Counted from the stretch's first letter, positions 17,034 to 25,321 are shown. The stretch: 32,000 nucleotides of DNA from Nitrosopumilus cobalaminigenes (GCF_013407145.1 NZ_CP026993.1:858590-890589); one strand, 5' to 3'. The notes: generated from the sequence alone by a model not told the origin. Translations and numbers: made by a program.

Positions 17034-17789
17034 TTAGGATTCACAACCGATTCCATCATTGTCCCTATCAAATCCATGAGGGTCACTTCCAATTACTCGG
17101 AAATTAGAATATCCAATATCCCCACAGTTTAGGTCTGGAGGATATGGTGGGATGCAGACATCAGGATATGATGGGTCACATTTTGGTGCATCATCAGTTG
17201 GTGGATTATAGTTTGATTCTTTTATTGTATAACACAACCCATCAGACCAGAGATACGGATAGTCGTTGTGACAACCATTTGATAGATATTCAGGCGAATT
17301 GTAACAGAATCCATTAGACCAATAGTATGGCTTGTTTACAGGACAATCAGGTTCTACCGTACTATGGCAGTAACCATCAGACCAGAGATACGGATTATTT
17401 TTGTGACATCCATTTTCTAAATAATCAGAGTACGAATCAGATGAACTAGTTCCTAAAAGATCATCTAGTAAATCATTTAGTTTTGCATTTTCTGTTTTTA
17501 GATTTTTATTTTCAGATTCTAAATCTAAAATCCTAGTTTCTAGGTTGTTTACCTTTTTTTGTAAAATAGAATTATCCTGATTTGGCATGTCAACTTTTAT
17601 GATATTTTGCTCAATTAGAAATGAGATAGATTCTCCAAAATCACTATCAGAAATATTCCCTTTTACCCAATAATCAGCCACTCCTTTAACCCATGCAGGA
17701 ATCTCTGATTGAGATTGTGCAGAAATTGAGGTAATTGAAATGCTAGAAATTACAATGCCAAGTATTGCAAATAATAGTAATTTTCTCAC
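17034..17789 (-). CDS. secreted protein with coiled-coil, three Cys-bracketed PY-WS-G repeats and a C-terminal Excalibur-like Ca-binding motif
   Basis: Signal peptide MRKLLLFAILGIVISSISITSISAQS. Three repeats follow: NGCHKNNPYLWSDGYCH, CPVNKPYYWSNGFCY and NGCHNDYPYLWSDGLCY. The C-terminal DRDNDGIGCE matches the Excalibur DxDxDGxxCE signature. Confidence 0.7.
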   Translation of the reverse strand: MRKLLLFAILGIVISSISITSISAQSQSEIPAWVKGVADYWVKGNISDSDFGESISFLIEQNIIKVDMPNQDNSILQKKVNNLETRILDLESENKNLKTENAKLNDLLDDLLGTSSSDSYSDYLENGCHKNNPYLWSDGYCHSTVEPDCPVNKPYYWSNGFCYNSPEYLSNGCHNDYPYLWSDGLCYTIKESNYNPPTDDAPKCDPSYPDVCIPPYPPDLNCGDIGYSNFRVIGSDPHGFDRDNDGIGCES

Positions 17790-17850
17790 AAATTATTCAA
17801 GACATACTGTAAATTAAGAATTTAAGAGAAAATCAGTTTTGGTTCTATGA

Positions 17851-17886
17851 AAAAAGAGTTCCAATATGCTTAAGTTCACACAAAAT
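17851..17886 (+). promoter_or_regulatory. shared promoter/leader box, copy 2
   Basis: See 16609..16647. The identical 21-nt core lies at 17866..17886, and the ATG at 17898 begins 11 nt after it. Confidence 0.6.
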
Positions 17887-17897
17887 TTATCAAAATT

Positions 17898-18116
17898 ATG
17901 ACATTTTGTTCTTATTGCGGTCATGAATTAGAAGCATACTCTAACTATTGCTCAGAATGCGGAAAACAAGATAAATCAAAAAAGGAAATTCTCCATGATT
18001 TCAATATAGGACAACAATCAGTTGAAAAAATGTTTGAGAAAGGAAATCGTTGTGAAAAATGCAGACATTTGATAACTGGAAAATTTTGCAAGAATTGTGG
18101 TTGTAAAAATAGTTAG
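17898..18116 (+). CDS. double zinc-ribbon protein (72 aa)
   Basis: CSYCGHEL...YCSECG and CEKCRHLI...FCKNCGC, giving two CxxC-Nn-CxxC ribbons. Confidence 0.55.
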   Translation: MTFCSYCGHELEAYSNYCSECGKQDKSKKEILHDFNIGQQSVEKMFEKGNRCEKCRHLITGKFCKNCGCKNS

Positions 18117-18232
18117 AATAATCTGCAATTACTATATGATTACTTTTGATCATACTCCGATAGAATACGATAATATCCCGAGTTAATGCGATTATACTCC
18201 GATATGACACAATTATGGTAATAATCGTGAGA

Positions 18233-18350
18233 GGCTCAGCTTTTGCTCGGGCACGATGGTTTTGCGATTATGGGTGGCTCAGCTTTTACTCAGGCACGAT
18301 GGTTTTGCGATTATGGGTGGCTCAGCTTTTACTCAGGCACGATTATATGG
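18233..18350. repeat. 43-bp tandem repeat, 2.6-2.7 copies, intergenic
   Basis: The unit GGCTCAGCTTTTACTCAGGCACGATGGTTTTGCGATTATGGGT occurs at 18233, 18276 and 18319 (partial). Copy 1 differs from copy 2 at 2 positions. The array lies between convergent genes. Confidence 0.9.
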
Positions 18351-18361
18351 AAAACAGGGCT

Positions 18362-18646
18362 CTATTGGAATTCTTTTTTCAACTCATCGTATTCTGCTTT
18401 TGTAATCTCGCCTTTTGCCAATCTAGTTTTTAGAATATTCAATGAATTGTTGTTTTGATCATTTTTGATTTTATCAGGATTCTCTTCAGTTACAGGGGGA
18501 TTGGATTGTAAATCAGACATGTCTTCTTGAAATGTGTTTTTTGATTTTCTGCTTGCTACAATTGCGATAACTACAATTATTGGAATTACAAATAAAATCA
18601 AAACTAGCAATTCAGTAGTGCCAATCATATTGACATATTGCATCAT
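18362..18646 (-). CDS. single-TM protein with C-terminal SHOCT domain (94 aa)
   Basis: N-terminal TM LLVLILFVIPIIVVIAIVA. The C-terminal LNILKTRLAKGEITKAEYDELKKEF fits the SHOCT consensus. Confidence 0.65.
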   Translation of the reverse strand: MMQYVNMIGTTELLVLILFVIPIIVVIAIVASRKSKNTFQEDMSDLQSNPPVTEENPDKIKNDQNNNSLNILKTRLAKGEITKAEYDELKKEFQ

Positions 18647-19275
18647 TTCTCAAATTCCCCCTTTAACTCATCATACTCTGACTTTGTAATCTCACCTTTT
18701 GCTAGTCTACTTTTTAGAATTCCTAAATTACTTAGATCATCATCTTTAGGATTGACATATGCTTTAGCAGATTGTGATTGTTTTGGTCTGGAATGATATG
18801 CTTTTCTTTTTTCGCAAGTCGTATGATGATTATGCAGTTCTTTACCGTTTTCTGCTAAATAATTACAGTATACACATCGCTCATAATCACTACGTCCTTT
18901 GAAGTAATCTACTACATGTGGTCTCCACATGTAAAATAGAACTATTACATCTATCACGATATATCCAATTGCAAATACATTTCCTCCAAATAGTGTCATT
19001 AGTTGAATTATCAAATTAACTATTGCAAGAATGATTACAATTACTCTACCACCACTTCTTCCGCTGAACAATGCACCAGCAATTGTAAACTCGATTAATG
19101 CTGCAATAACTATTGCAGATGCAATCCAACCTGCAAATTGACCAATTCCACCAAGAAATGAATTACCCATCATACTATTTGCAATATATCCAACCCCAAT
19201 TGCCAGAGCAAACAAGGTCAGCCCTTCAAGAATATACCAAACTCCTAGAAATGAAACGCCTAGAGGTCTACCCAT
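18643..19275 (-). CDS. multi-TM protein with Cys/His cluster and C-terminal SHOCT domain (210 aa)
   Basis: Four or so TM helices, then CVYCNYL...HNHHTTC, then the C-terminal LGILKSRLAKGEITKSEYDELKGEF. There is a 4-nt overlap with the downstream SHOCT gene. Confidence 0.7.
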   Translation of the reverse strand: MGRPLGVSFLGVWYILEGLTLFALAIGVGYIANSMMGNSFLGGIGQFAGWIASAIVIAALIEFTIAGALFSGRSGGRVIVIILAIVNLIIQLMTLFGGNVFAIGYIVIDVIVLFYMWRPHVVDYFKGRSDYERCVYCNYLAENGKELHNHHTTCEKRKAYHSRPKQSQSAKAYVNPKDDDLSNLGILKSRLAKGEITKSEYDELKGEFEK

Positions 19276-19458
19276 TAGATATCCCTCTTTTGAGAAATCA
19301 TAGAGTTTACACTAGAAATCTGAAACTCTGTCAAGTGAAGAAAATATGAATTTCTCAACATAGGGTTTGCCAAAAAATTGCATATAAACAATATTGTAGT
19401 TTAAGATGTTACAATTACGTTTACGAGTATTCATGCGTCAAACCCTGAATAAATCGAT

Positions 19459-19490
19459 GGCTCAGATTTTACTCAGGCACGATTGTATCA
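19459..19490. repeat. isolated distal copy of the first ~32 nt of the 43-bp repeat family
   Basis: GGCTCAGATTTTACTCAGGCACGATTGTAT compared with GGCTCAGCTTTTACTCAGGCACGATTATAT at 18319. Both are in the same orientation, on the far side of the two SHOCT genes. Confidence 0.8.
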
Positions 19491-19554
19491 AAAAGAGTAG
19501 AATTTGAGGGTGTTTTGTAGAAGAGTTTAGAAATCACTTTACAAATCATAAGTT

Positions 19555-20850
19555 ATGAATGTCCAAGACAAAAGAAAGAATGGGATAAACAACGATACAA
19601 TAATTTCTGAATTAGAAAAAATTCCCACTATCAATCAATATGAAGATGTTCTCATTCGATTAGCAGTTGACAAATTAACTGATTCTAATAATCTCTATTT
19701 TGCAAGGATTGATTATCTCTGTAAAGGAGATCCTTTACCTGAAGAATTTACAAAAAACTATGATGATATAATCATTACACAGTTAATCAAAAAACGTGGC
19801 GAGTTTATAGAATTTTTATCAAACTTACTGAAAAACGGTTCATCAAAAATTAATGAGATTACTGTCAGTGCATCAATGAAACAAAACTGGGATTTTGTAT
19901 CTAGACCAAGTAATTCATCTCACGGTTATGTAAAAAGTGATTTTCCTCATTTAGGTGCAGAAACTCAATTAGAATATGATCGAAATAGAGATCCTTATGC
20001 CCTAGTTTCGGGGAAAAACCTCCCTCCATTTCCAAATACATCTAGGGCAATAATTGATTTGTTTGATTTGCATCATGGAGGAAGAGAAGGAGGATGGTTA
20101 AATGAAAATAAATTGATTATAGATGTACCTGATTATCGGGTAGGAATAAAGAAACTTAGAATTGGAAAAAATAAAATTTCAGTAGAAATTAATTCAAAAT
20201 TATTAGATGAATCAAAATTAGTCTGTCAGTTTTACACAGAAAAGAAACAAGAGGTTTCATCACGCATACAAAATGGAATTTCTGAAATGTCTTGTGAGGA
20301 TATCCCTAAAGAAATTCTTGCAGTGATAAAAGAAAAGGAAACTGATGAGGTTCTAGATTTTTTTGATTACACTGTAAGTTGGGCAATGTCTGAAGAAGCA
20401 GTAGAAAAAGAGGTTCCTGAAGATGTGATTCGAGGCTGGATTAATGGGGGAGAAAATGAAACAGTGGAATTCAAGGAAGTGCTCAAACATGCAGATGATG
20501 TCATGAAGTCAGTAGTTGCTTTTGCCAATACAGAGGGGGGCGTAATTCTTGTTGGAGTATCTGATGATTGTTCTATACTGGGATATGATGTTCCAGTAGA
20601 AGATGTAAAAAATAGATTTGGCAGAATGGTTGCAGACAAATGTGATCCTCCCATAGAATTTGAAATAGAAGAAGCCGATTTGAATCCACGAATAATTGTG
20701 ATAAAAATTCCTAAAGGAAAAAGCAAGATCTATTCAGTAACTAATGGTGCAATCTATGTTAGAAGACATAGTTCGGATAGATTCATCAAAACTACTGAGT
20801 TGATGGAAGTTTTTGGAGATAAGTCTCGAAATGATAATAATTCTGTTTAA
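19555..20850 (+). CDS. protein with C-terminal AlbA_2 (Schlafen/divergent-AAA-type) putative DNA-binding domain (431 aa)
   Basis: GENETVEFKEVLKHADDVMKSVVAFANTEGGVILVGVSDD is the characteristic E.E.K....AFAN..GG.+..GV.D signature. The N-terminal ~290 aa are unassigned. Confidence 0.7.
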   Translation: MNVQDKRKNGINNDTIISELEKIPTINQYEDVLIRLAVDKLTDSNNLYFARIDYLCKGDPLPEEFTKNYDDIIITQLIKKRGEFIEFLSNLLKNGSSKINEITVSASMKQNWDFVSRPSNSSHGYVKSDFPHLGAETQLEYDRNRDPYALVSGKNLPPFPNTSRAIIDLFDLHHGGREGGWLNENKLIIDVPDYRVGIKKLRIGKNKISVEINSKLLDESKLVCQFYTEKKQEVSSRIQNGISEMSCEDIPKEILAVIKEKETDEVLDFFDYTVSWAMSEEAVEKEVPEDVIRGWINGGENETVEFKEVLKHADDVMKSVVAFANTEGGVILVGVSDDCSILGYDVPVEDVKNRFGRMVADKCDPPIEFEIEEADLNPRIIVIKIPKGKSKIYSVTNGAIYVRRHSSDRFIKTTELMEVFGDKSRNDNNSV

Positions 20851-20871
20851 GTAAACTATTTCAAAATTAAG

Positions 20872-21948
20872 TCAAGGTTGAATTTGTTCAAATAATTCCG
20901 GATAAAGTGTAATAATTATCGAAGCAATTTGTGGGAGAGATACAGATACTGAAATAATTATTCCGATAAGAGGACTCCACTCTATGACTTTATCTTTGAA
21001 AGAGATTCCAGTTAGAACATCATCTTTAGAATCATTTGTAGGGTATTTCTTTTTTAATATTTGAATTAATTCTACATTATTTAGATCAAATGAATCATAA
21101 ATTTCTTGTATATTGTCATTCATTGAACCATTCGAATTTGAAATTATTTGTGAAACAACCTCATCAGTCTTTTGAATTTGTAATTTCATGACCCTGCGCA
21201 AATATTTGTTGTAAGAATTAATCCCGAAATACAAATAATTAATTTTCTCAAATTCGTTTTCCAAATGTAAGCTTAATTCTAAACTCGATTTTGCCAGATA
21301 GTACCTATAATCAGTGTAAATCAACAGCATTAAAAATTTCCAAATTGCAGATAATGAAATAATTGCAGATGCTAATGTAATAACAAGGAAAATTGTTCGT
21401 AAATATAACGAATCATTTTCAGATAGTTGTACATCATAAGAACCCAACACCAAGGCCATCATTGCAAATATTATCATTATTGGAATGGATGCCATCAAAA
21501 CTTTACTTACCCATCTAAATTCAACTACAGTTTTCATGGTGCCATTTACATCAAAGAATACTCTTGCCGATATTGTCGTAGGGGAAAGGAAATATCGTAT
21601 TGGAGCTAAAGTAAAAATAATAGGATAAAAAATTACTCCCAAAAATGCAAAAACAACATATTCGTTATAAAATATTGAAGGCGCGTAAACAATCAGGGCA
21701 AATAAGAATGCAAATGCACTGACAGCTACAGATGGAATGGATATCAAATAGCGAGCAGGTCGTTCAAGGGCATCCTTTTTAATTTCATTATGAGGGGTTT
21801 TATCCTCATAAACTAATTTTAGAATCCATTTGATGTTTAATGTATTGTATATTTCTCGATTTATTTTTACAGGAAGTTTTTGTACATATGAAGGAATTTG
21901 TTTAATTTTTGAACCTAAGTTTAATTCCACAATTTTACATAAACTCAT
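20872..21948 (-). CDS. multi-TM membrane protein with cytoplasmic C-terminal region (358 aa), function unknown
   Basis: At least 6 hydrophobic helices in the central part. It lies immediately downstream of polB on the same strand, with an 11-nt gap. Confidence 0.65.
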   Translation of the reverse strand: MSLCKIVELNLGSKIKQIPSYVQKLPVKINREIYNTLNIKWILKLVYEDKTPHNEIKKDALERPARYLISIPSVAVSAFAFLFALIVYAPSIFYNEYVVFAFLGVIFYPIIFTLAPIRYFLSPTTISARVFFDVNGTMKTVVEFRWVSKVLMASIPIMIIFAMMALVLGSYDVQLSENDSLYLRTIFLVITLASAIISLSAIWKFLMLLIYTDYRYYLAKSSLELSLHLENEFEKINYLYFGINSYNKYLRRVMKLQIQKTDEVVSQIISNSNGSMNDNIQEIYDSFDLNNVELIQILKKKYPTNDSKDDVLTGISFKDKVIEWSPLIGIIISVSVSLPQIASIIITLYPELFEQIQP

Positions 21949-21959
21949 ACTTTAATATA

Positions 21960-23741
21960 TTAGATCGTAATTTTTTGTATATAATTTAATGAAATAGACA
22001 TTGAATCATTACATTCCTTTTGATCAATTGATTCAATTGTACCCAACCACAATCTTTTCCTATCCGCATTAAGATTAACTTCTCTAGTTATTGGTGCAAT
22101 CTTTCCAATGTCTTGTATCCTATCTGATAGTATGCTTGAACGTAATCTAGAATTTCTCAACACATTAAATTTGTAAAATAATTTCCCGTCTTTTTCAAAT
22201 GTATCCAAGTGTTCAATTTCCTTAGACCCTAATCGTCCCAAACCACGTTGTTTCCAAATCCCGTTAAATCGATAGAATCCATTTTGTAAATAGAAGGTAT
22301 CTTGACTCTCACCATCATATGAGAAATCGCCTAATCGTTTAGAATCTAAATTCAGTTTCTTGGTAGTACAGATTGAATCAGTCGCAAAGGCCACAATGTC
22401 TCCCTCAAGCCTGTTTCTAGTCACAAATTCGTACAATTTGGCACGAGTATACCCTGTGATGAATGCAAACATTACAGGATTAAACAAATTCCCCATTACA
22501 CCATTGATCTTTTGGCCAGTCTTCCCATAAATTGAATTTAAGATAATTTTGATTGGTTGCTCTAATGGATTATTTTCTTTCTTTAGTTTCTGTCTTTTTT
22601 GATACAAAGATTGAATGAATTTTCTGTATGGATAAATATCAGATGTACTGATAAATTGATAACCTTCAAGAATCCTGTAAAGATTTTTTTTGCAGGCTTG
22701 GAGTTCTGATAACGTACAATACGTTACAAATTTCCCTGAAGGGTACAATATGACATTATTTGTTTTAAATGGGAATGGTGCCACTATACTATCATCTGGA
22801 ATATCACATAATACTTTGAAGAATCCCAACTTTGTATCTGCGTGTATTGATTTTCTTTTAATCCATTTACCTTTAGATAAATCTGGAAAGTGGGCAATGG
22901 CATCAGGGTATGCAGAGTTGATATCATAAAGATAGGCCTTGCCAATGTATCCTCGCTTGATTAATTCAATTCGTCCTCCAAAATATGACTTGAATGCTAA
23001 CTCTTGAATTGGATAAGGAGTATCAACGAATCTAGGTAGATTGATCCCATTGTTGATCAGAACTTTTTCTGCCAAATATCCTGCACTGGTCCATTTGGCA
23101 GGATAAAATGAAAATGCATTGCTAAATAGTGTAATCCATTTTTCAGATAATTCTTTTGTAAATTTACAATCTTGTATACAATAGTTTCTAATTTTTTTCT
23201 TGTTGTGATTGTAAAATCGTAATGTAAATTCTTTACGCTTTTCTTTCATAGAGAGATATTCTGAAGATAATTCTCCAATGTTTTTCTGATATGCATTACT
23301 TAGAGAACCTCCAAAGAATTGCATTATATCAAAAAACAATACTGAATGATGACCTTTCTTGATTCGAAGAGATTTGCCAGGAAAATATTCTAGATGGTAA
23401 TCCCCCCACCAGAAATCTAATTTTCCAGTGAAGCGATATCGATACAGTTCTGAGCCTAGCAGTTTGAGGATAACTTCGGCATCATAGGATAGATTATAGA
23501 AAAAGTTCCATGAACCGTGATATTTTTTACAAAATAGCCATTTTATCACGGATTCAGGTGTGATTTTGTCTAAATATCGCCCATCAGAGTCCGCAATTAG
23601 AAAGATATCTCCTTTGTAGGTCTCAGTGTCTAAGGCATGAATTTGTCGTAATTTAGAATGTGCAGAGTTGCGATTTTGAGGCCTTTTGGTGTAGACCTTG
23701 GATAAATCCCGGCACTCTGTTACGGGGAAGGATTCTGCCAT
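21960..23741 (-). CDS. polB: family B DNA polymerase, protein-primed type (pPolB)
   Basis: ExoI is ALDTETY (D38/E40), ExoII is YNLSYD (D87) and ExoIII is YCIQD (Y187/D191). YFGG lies at residues 253-256. Motif A is LYDINSAYP (D273), motif B is KIILNSIYGKTG (K398) and motif C is VAFATDSI (D455). At 593 aa it is similar in size to phage phi29 pol. Confidence 0.9.
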   Translation of the reverse strand: MAESFPVTECRDLSKVYTKRPQNRNSAHSKLRQIHALDTETYKGDIFLIADSDGRYLDKITPESVIKWLFCKKYHGSWNFFYNLSYDAEVILKLLGSELYRYRFTGKLDFWWGDYHLEYFPGKSLRIKKGHHSVLFFDIMQFFGGSLSNAYQKNIGELSSEYLSMKEKRKEFTLRFYNHNKKKIRNYCIQDCKFTKELSEKWITLFSNAFSFYPAKWTSAGYLAEKVLINNGINLPRFVDTPYPIQELAFKSYFGGRIELIKRGYIGKAYLYDINSAYPDAIAHFPDLSKGKWIKRKSIHADTKLGFFKVLCDIPDDSIVAPFPFKTNNVILYPSGKFVTYCTLSELQACKKNLYRILEGYQFISTSDIYPYRKFIQSLYQKRQKLKKENNPLEQPIKIILNSIYGKTGQKINGVMGNLFNPVMFAFITGYTRAKLYEFVTRNRLEGDIVAFATDSICTTKKLNLDSKRLGDFSYDGESQDTFYLQNGFYRFNGIWKQRGLGRLGSKEIEHLDTFEKDGKLFYKFNVLRNSRLRSSILSDRIQDIGKIAPITREVNLNADRKRLWLGTIESIDQKECNDSMSISLNYIQKITI

Positions 23742-24037
23742 ATTGCATCAGGTATTGATACTTGGTTTCCTCTACGTCGTTGGGATAGTTGAGAGCGAAT
23801 CTGGTTGTACTTTAATCCGGGAAAATTATTTCTGATTTGTCTAATGTAATTGTGATATCGTCTTAACTTTCCAGAACGTGTAAGATTTGCTTTTCTTTTT
23901 TTAATCAGAGGTTTTTGTTTTCTATCTATCTTTTCTAACTTCTTTTTAATTTGAAAACGAAGTTCTTTGACAAGTTTGGTATTTGGGAATATTTTTAATG
24001 CTTGTAATTGATCAAGCAAGTCTTGTTTTGTAGCCAT
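23720..24037 (-). CDS. small basic protein (105 aa), possible nucleic-acid binding
   Basis: Start chosen at M37 of the track ORF (MATKQDLL), which avoids overlap with 24057..24392. Arg/Lys-rich (KKRKANLTRSGKLRRYHNYIRQIR...QRRRG). It overlaps the polB start by 22 nt. Confidence 0.5.
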   Translation of the reverse strand: MATKQDLLDQLQALKIFPNTKLVKELRFQIKKKLEKIDRKQKPLIKKRKANLTRSGKLRRYHNYIRQIRNNFPGLKYNQIRSQLSQRRRGNQVSIPDAIWQNPSP

Positions 24038-24056
24038 GATAAAAAAGAAAAAGAAG

Positions 24057-24392
24057 TCAGAGAATAATCTCTGATCTTCTAATTGGACGATTGTTTTTAG
24101 ATAATCCCAAGTATGTTTTGAGTTGGAATTTTGTATCTGCAACAATCTTTTTGTGTTTTACTAGTTCATTCCAGGACTTTAGTAGAGAACTATTGTGTGA
24201 TTCATGTGACTTTAGTGGAAGTAATCGGTCTTCCCATGAATCATGTATTCTTTGTTGTACGTGAACATTTGTAGTTAATTCTGAATCCATTGTTTCAGTT
24301 TTTACTACTTTACATTCAAGTACATCTGGTTTGTCAGGATTTTTGGAATGACATTCACCCCATTTGATAAAAGAGATGCTTTCAGTACTCAT
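24057..24392 (-). CDS. hypothetical protein (111 aa)
   Basis: ORF in the polB-upstream operon, with a 4-nt overlap with the preceding gene. Confidence 0.5.
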   Translation of the reverse strand: MSTESISFIKWGECHSKNPDKPDVLECKVVKTETMDSELTTNVHVQQRIHDSWEDRLLPLKSHESHNSSLLKSWNELVKHKKIVADTKFQLKTYLGLSKNNRPIRRSEIIL

Positions 24393-24619
24393 TTTTTATC
24401 TCCCTTTGAAGGAGAGAGTTTGATGAATTTTTCTCCCTTTTCCTGTACTAGTTCAACCTTGAACTTTTTGGTTCTCCCATCAATACAGTTTTCAAGTGCT
24501 ACTCTTGGAAGAGTGACTGTGTTTGTTGTATTGTTTTTAGAGATTTTTCGCAGACCAAATGATGTGGTCGTTGAATTTGTAGTCCTTGGTTCACATGTTT
24601 TTGTGGATTTTTTCTCCAT
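24389..24619 (-). CDS. small protein, possible AbrB/SpoVT-like DNA-binding fold (76 aa)
   Basis: VTLPRVALENCIDG..KKFKVELVQEKGEKFIKLSP resembles the swapped-hairpin AbrB pattern. It is the first gene of the operon leading to polB. Confidence 0.45.
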   Translation of the reverse strand: MEKKSTKTCEPRTTNSTTTSFGLRKISKNNTTNTVTLPRVALENCIDGRTKKFKVELVQEKGEKFIKLSPSKGDKK

Positions 24620-24675
24620 GAATAATATAAAACAGATTTTAATATAGGCTATTTCTAACGATATATGTAAGATAT

Positions 24676-25317
24676 ATGGCCAATTATAGACGAGAACTAT
24701 CTAAAATTGAGCAAAAAGATGTCCATTCCAGATACAAAATACATACAGATGATTATGGAGGAATTTTCACCAAAGACAAACGTCGAAAGTTACTTGGTCT
24801 TAAACAAAAACAAGGAAAGTATCATGAAGATACTGCGGATTTTTGGTATGATGTGAGGTCTAGTGTAAAAAGTGGTTTGATGGATCTAGAGTTATTTTTT
24901 GAAGTAGCCGATAAAAATCAAATCAAAGATGTACTTTATGATGCAGAACAAAAAGCACAATTAGATTTACTAAAACAAAAACTTGAACTTAACAAACAAT
25001 ATGAACTAGAAAGACAAATTCCATCCTTCACACGTGTCTTATCTGTATTATTTCAAAAATATTACAAATCTCGCAAGTACAAATTATCTACAGGTGAAAC
25101 TAGAAAATATTCTGAACATGTTGAAGAAGATGATACATGGAGGGCAGAAATTATTGAAAAAATGATCAACACTTGTATTATTTATTTAAGAGATCATAAT
25201 TTGATTTCTTCAAAAGCACATGAACGATTGACTGATGAATTTATTGATATGGTTAATGTTGAAATTGCTAGAGGAACAAAACTGTCTTTAAATGAGAGAG
25301 TAAAAGGTTCTGTTTAA
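24676..25317 (+). CDS. hypothetical protein (213 aa)
   Basis: Clean ORF, divergent from the polB operon across a 56-nt AT-rich spacer. No recognised domain. Confidence 0.6.
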   Translation: MANYRRELSKIEQKDVHSRYKIHTDDYGGIFTKDKRRKLLGLKQKQGKYHEDTADFWYDVRSSVKSGLMDLELFFEVADKNQIKDVLYDAEQKAQLDLLKQKLELNKQYELERQIPSFTRVLSVLFQKYYKSRKYKLSTGETRKYSEHVEEDDTWRAEIIEKMINTCIIYLRDHNLISSKAHERLTDEFIDMVNVEIARGTKLSLNERVKGSV

Positions 25318-25321
25318 AAAA

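Noticed and set aside
18319-18343. tRNA fragment as the origin of the GGCTCAGCTTTTACTCAGGCACGAT core, by analogy with tRNA-targeting integrative elements
   Set aside because: CTCAG occurs twice in direct orientation, not inverted, so no anticodon-arm or acceptor-like pairing can be drawn. No tRNA cloverleaf is evident anywhere in the window.
18233-18350. Possible CRISPR array, given that a cas1 gene lies 9 kb away
   Set aside because: The 43-bp units are directly abutting with no unique spacers, there are only 2.6-2.7 copies, and there is no leader or other cas genes. The 24-bp arrays at 9431 and 15213 are likewise spacer-less. The Cas1 is better explained as a casposase.
18215-18458. Track ORFs 18215..18433 and 18243..18458 (+)
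   Set aside because: They run through the 43-bp tandem repeat and into the antisense of the SHOCT gene. The repetitive W/F/C-rich translation has no protein-like features.
24038-24145. 5' extension of ORF 23720..24145 (MLQIQNSN...FFFFFI)
   Set aside because: It overlaps the 3' part of ORF 24057..24392 in another frame and translates a poly-T/A tract (FFFFF). The internal ATG at 24037 gives a compact non-overlapping gene.
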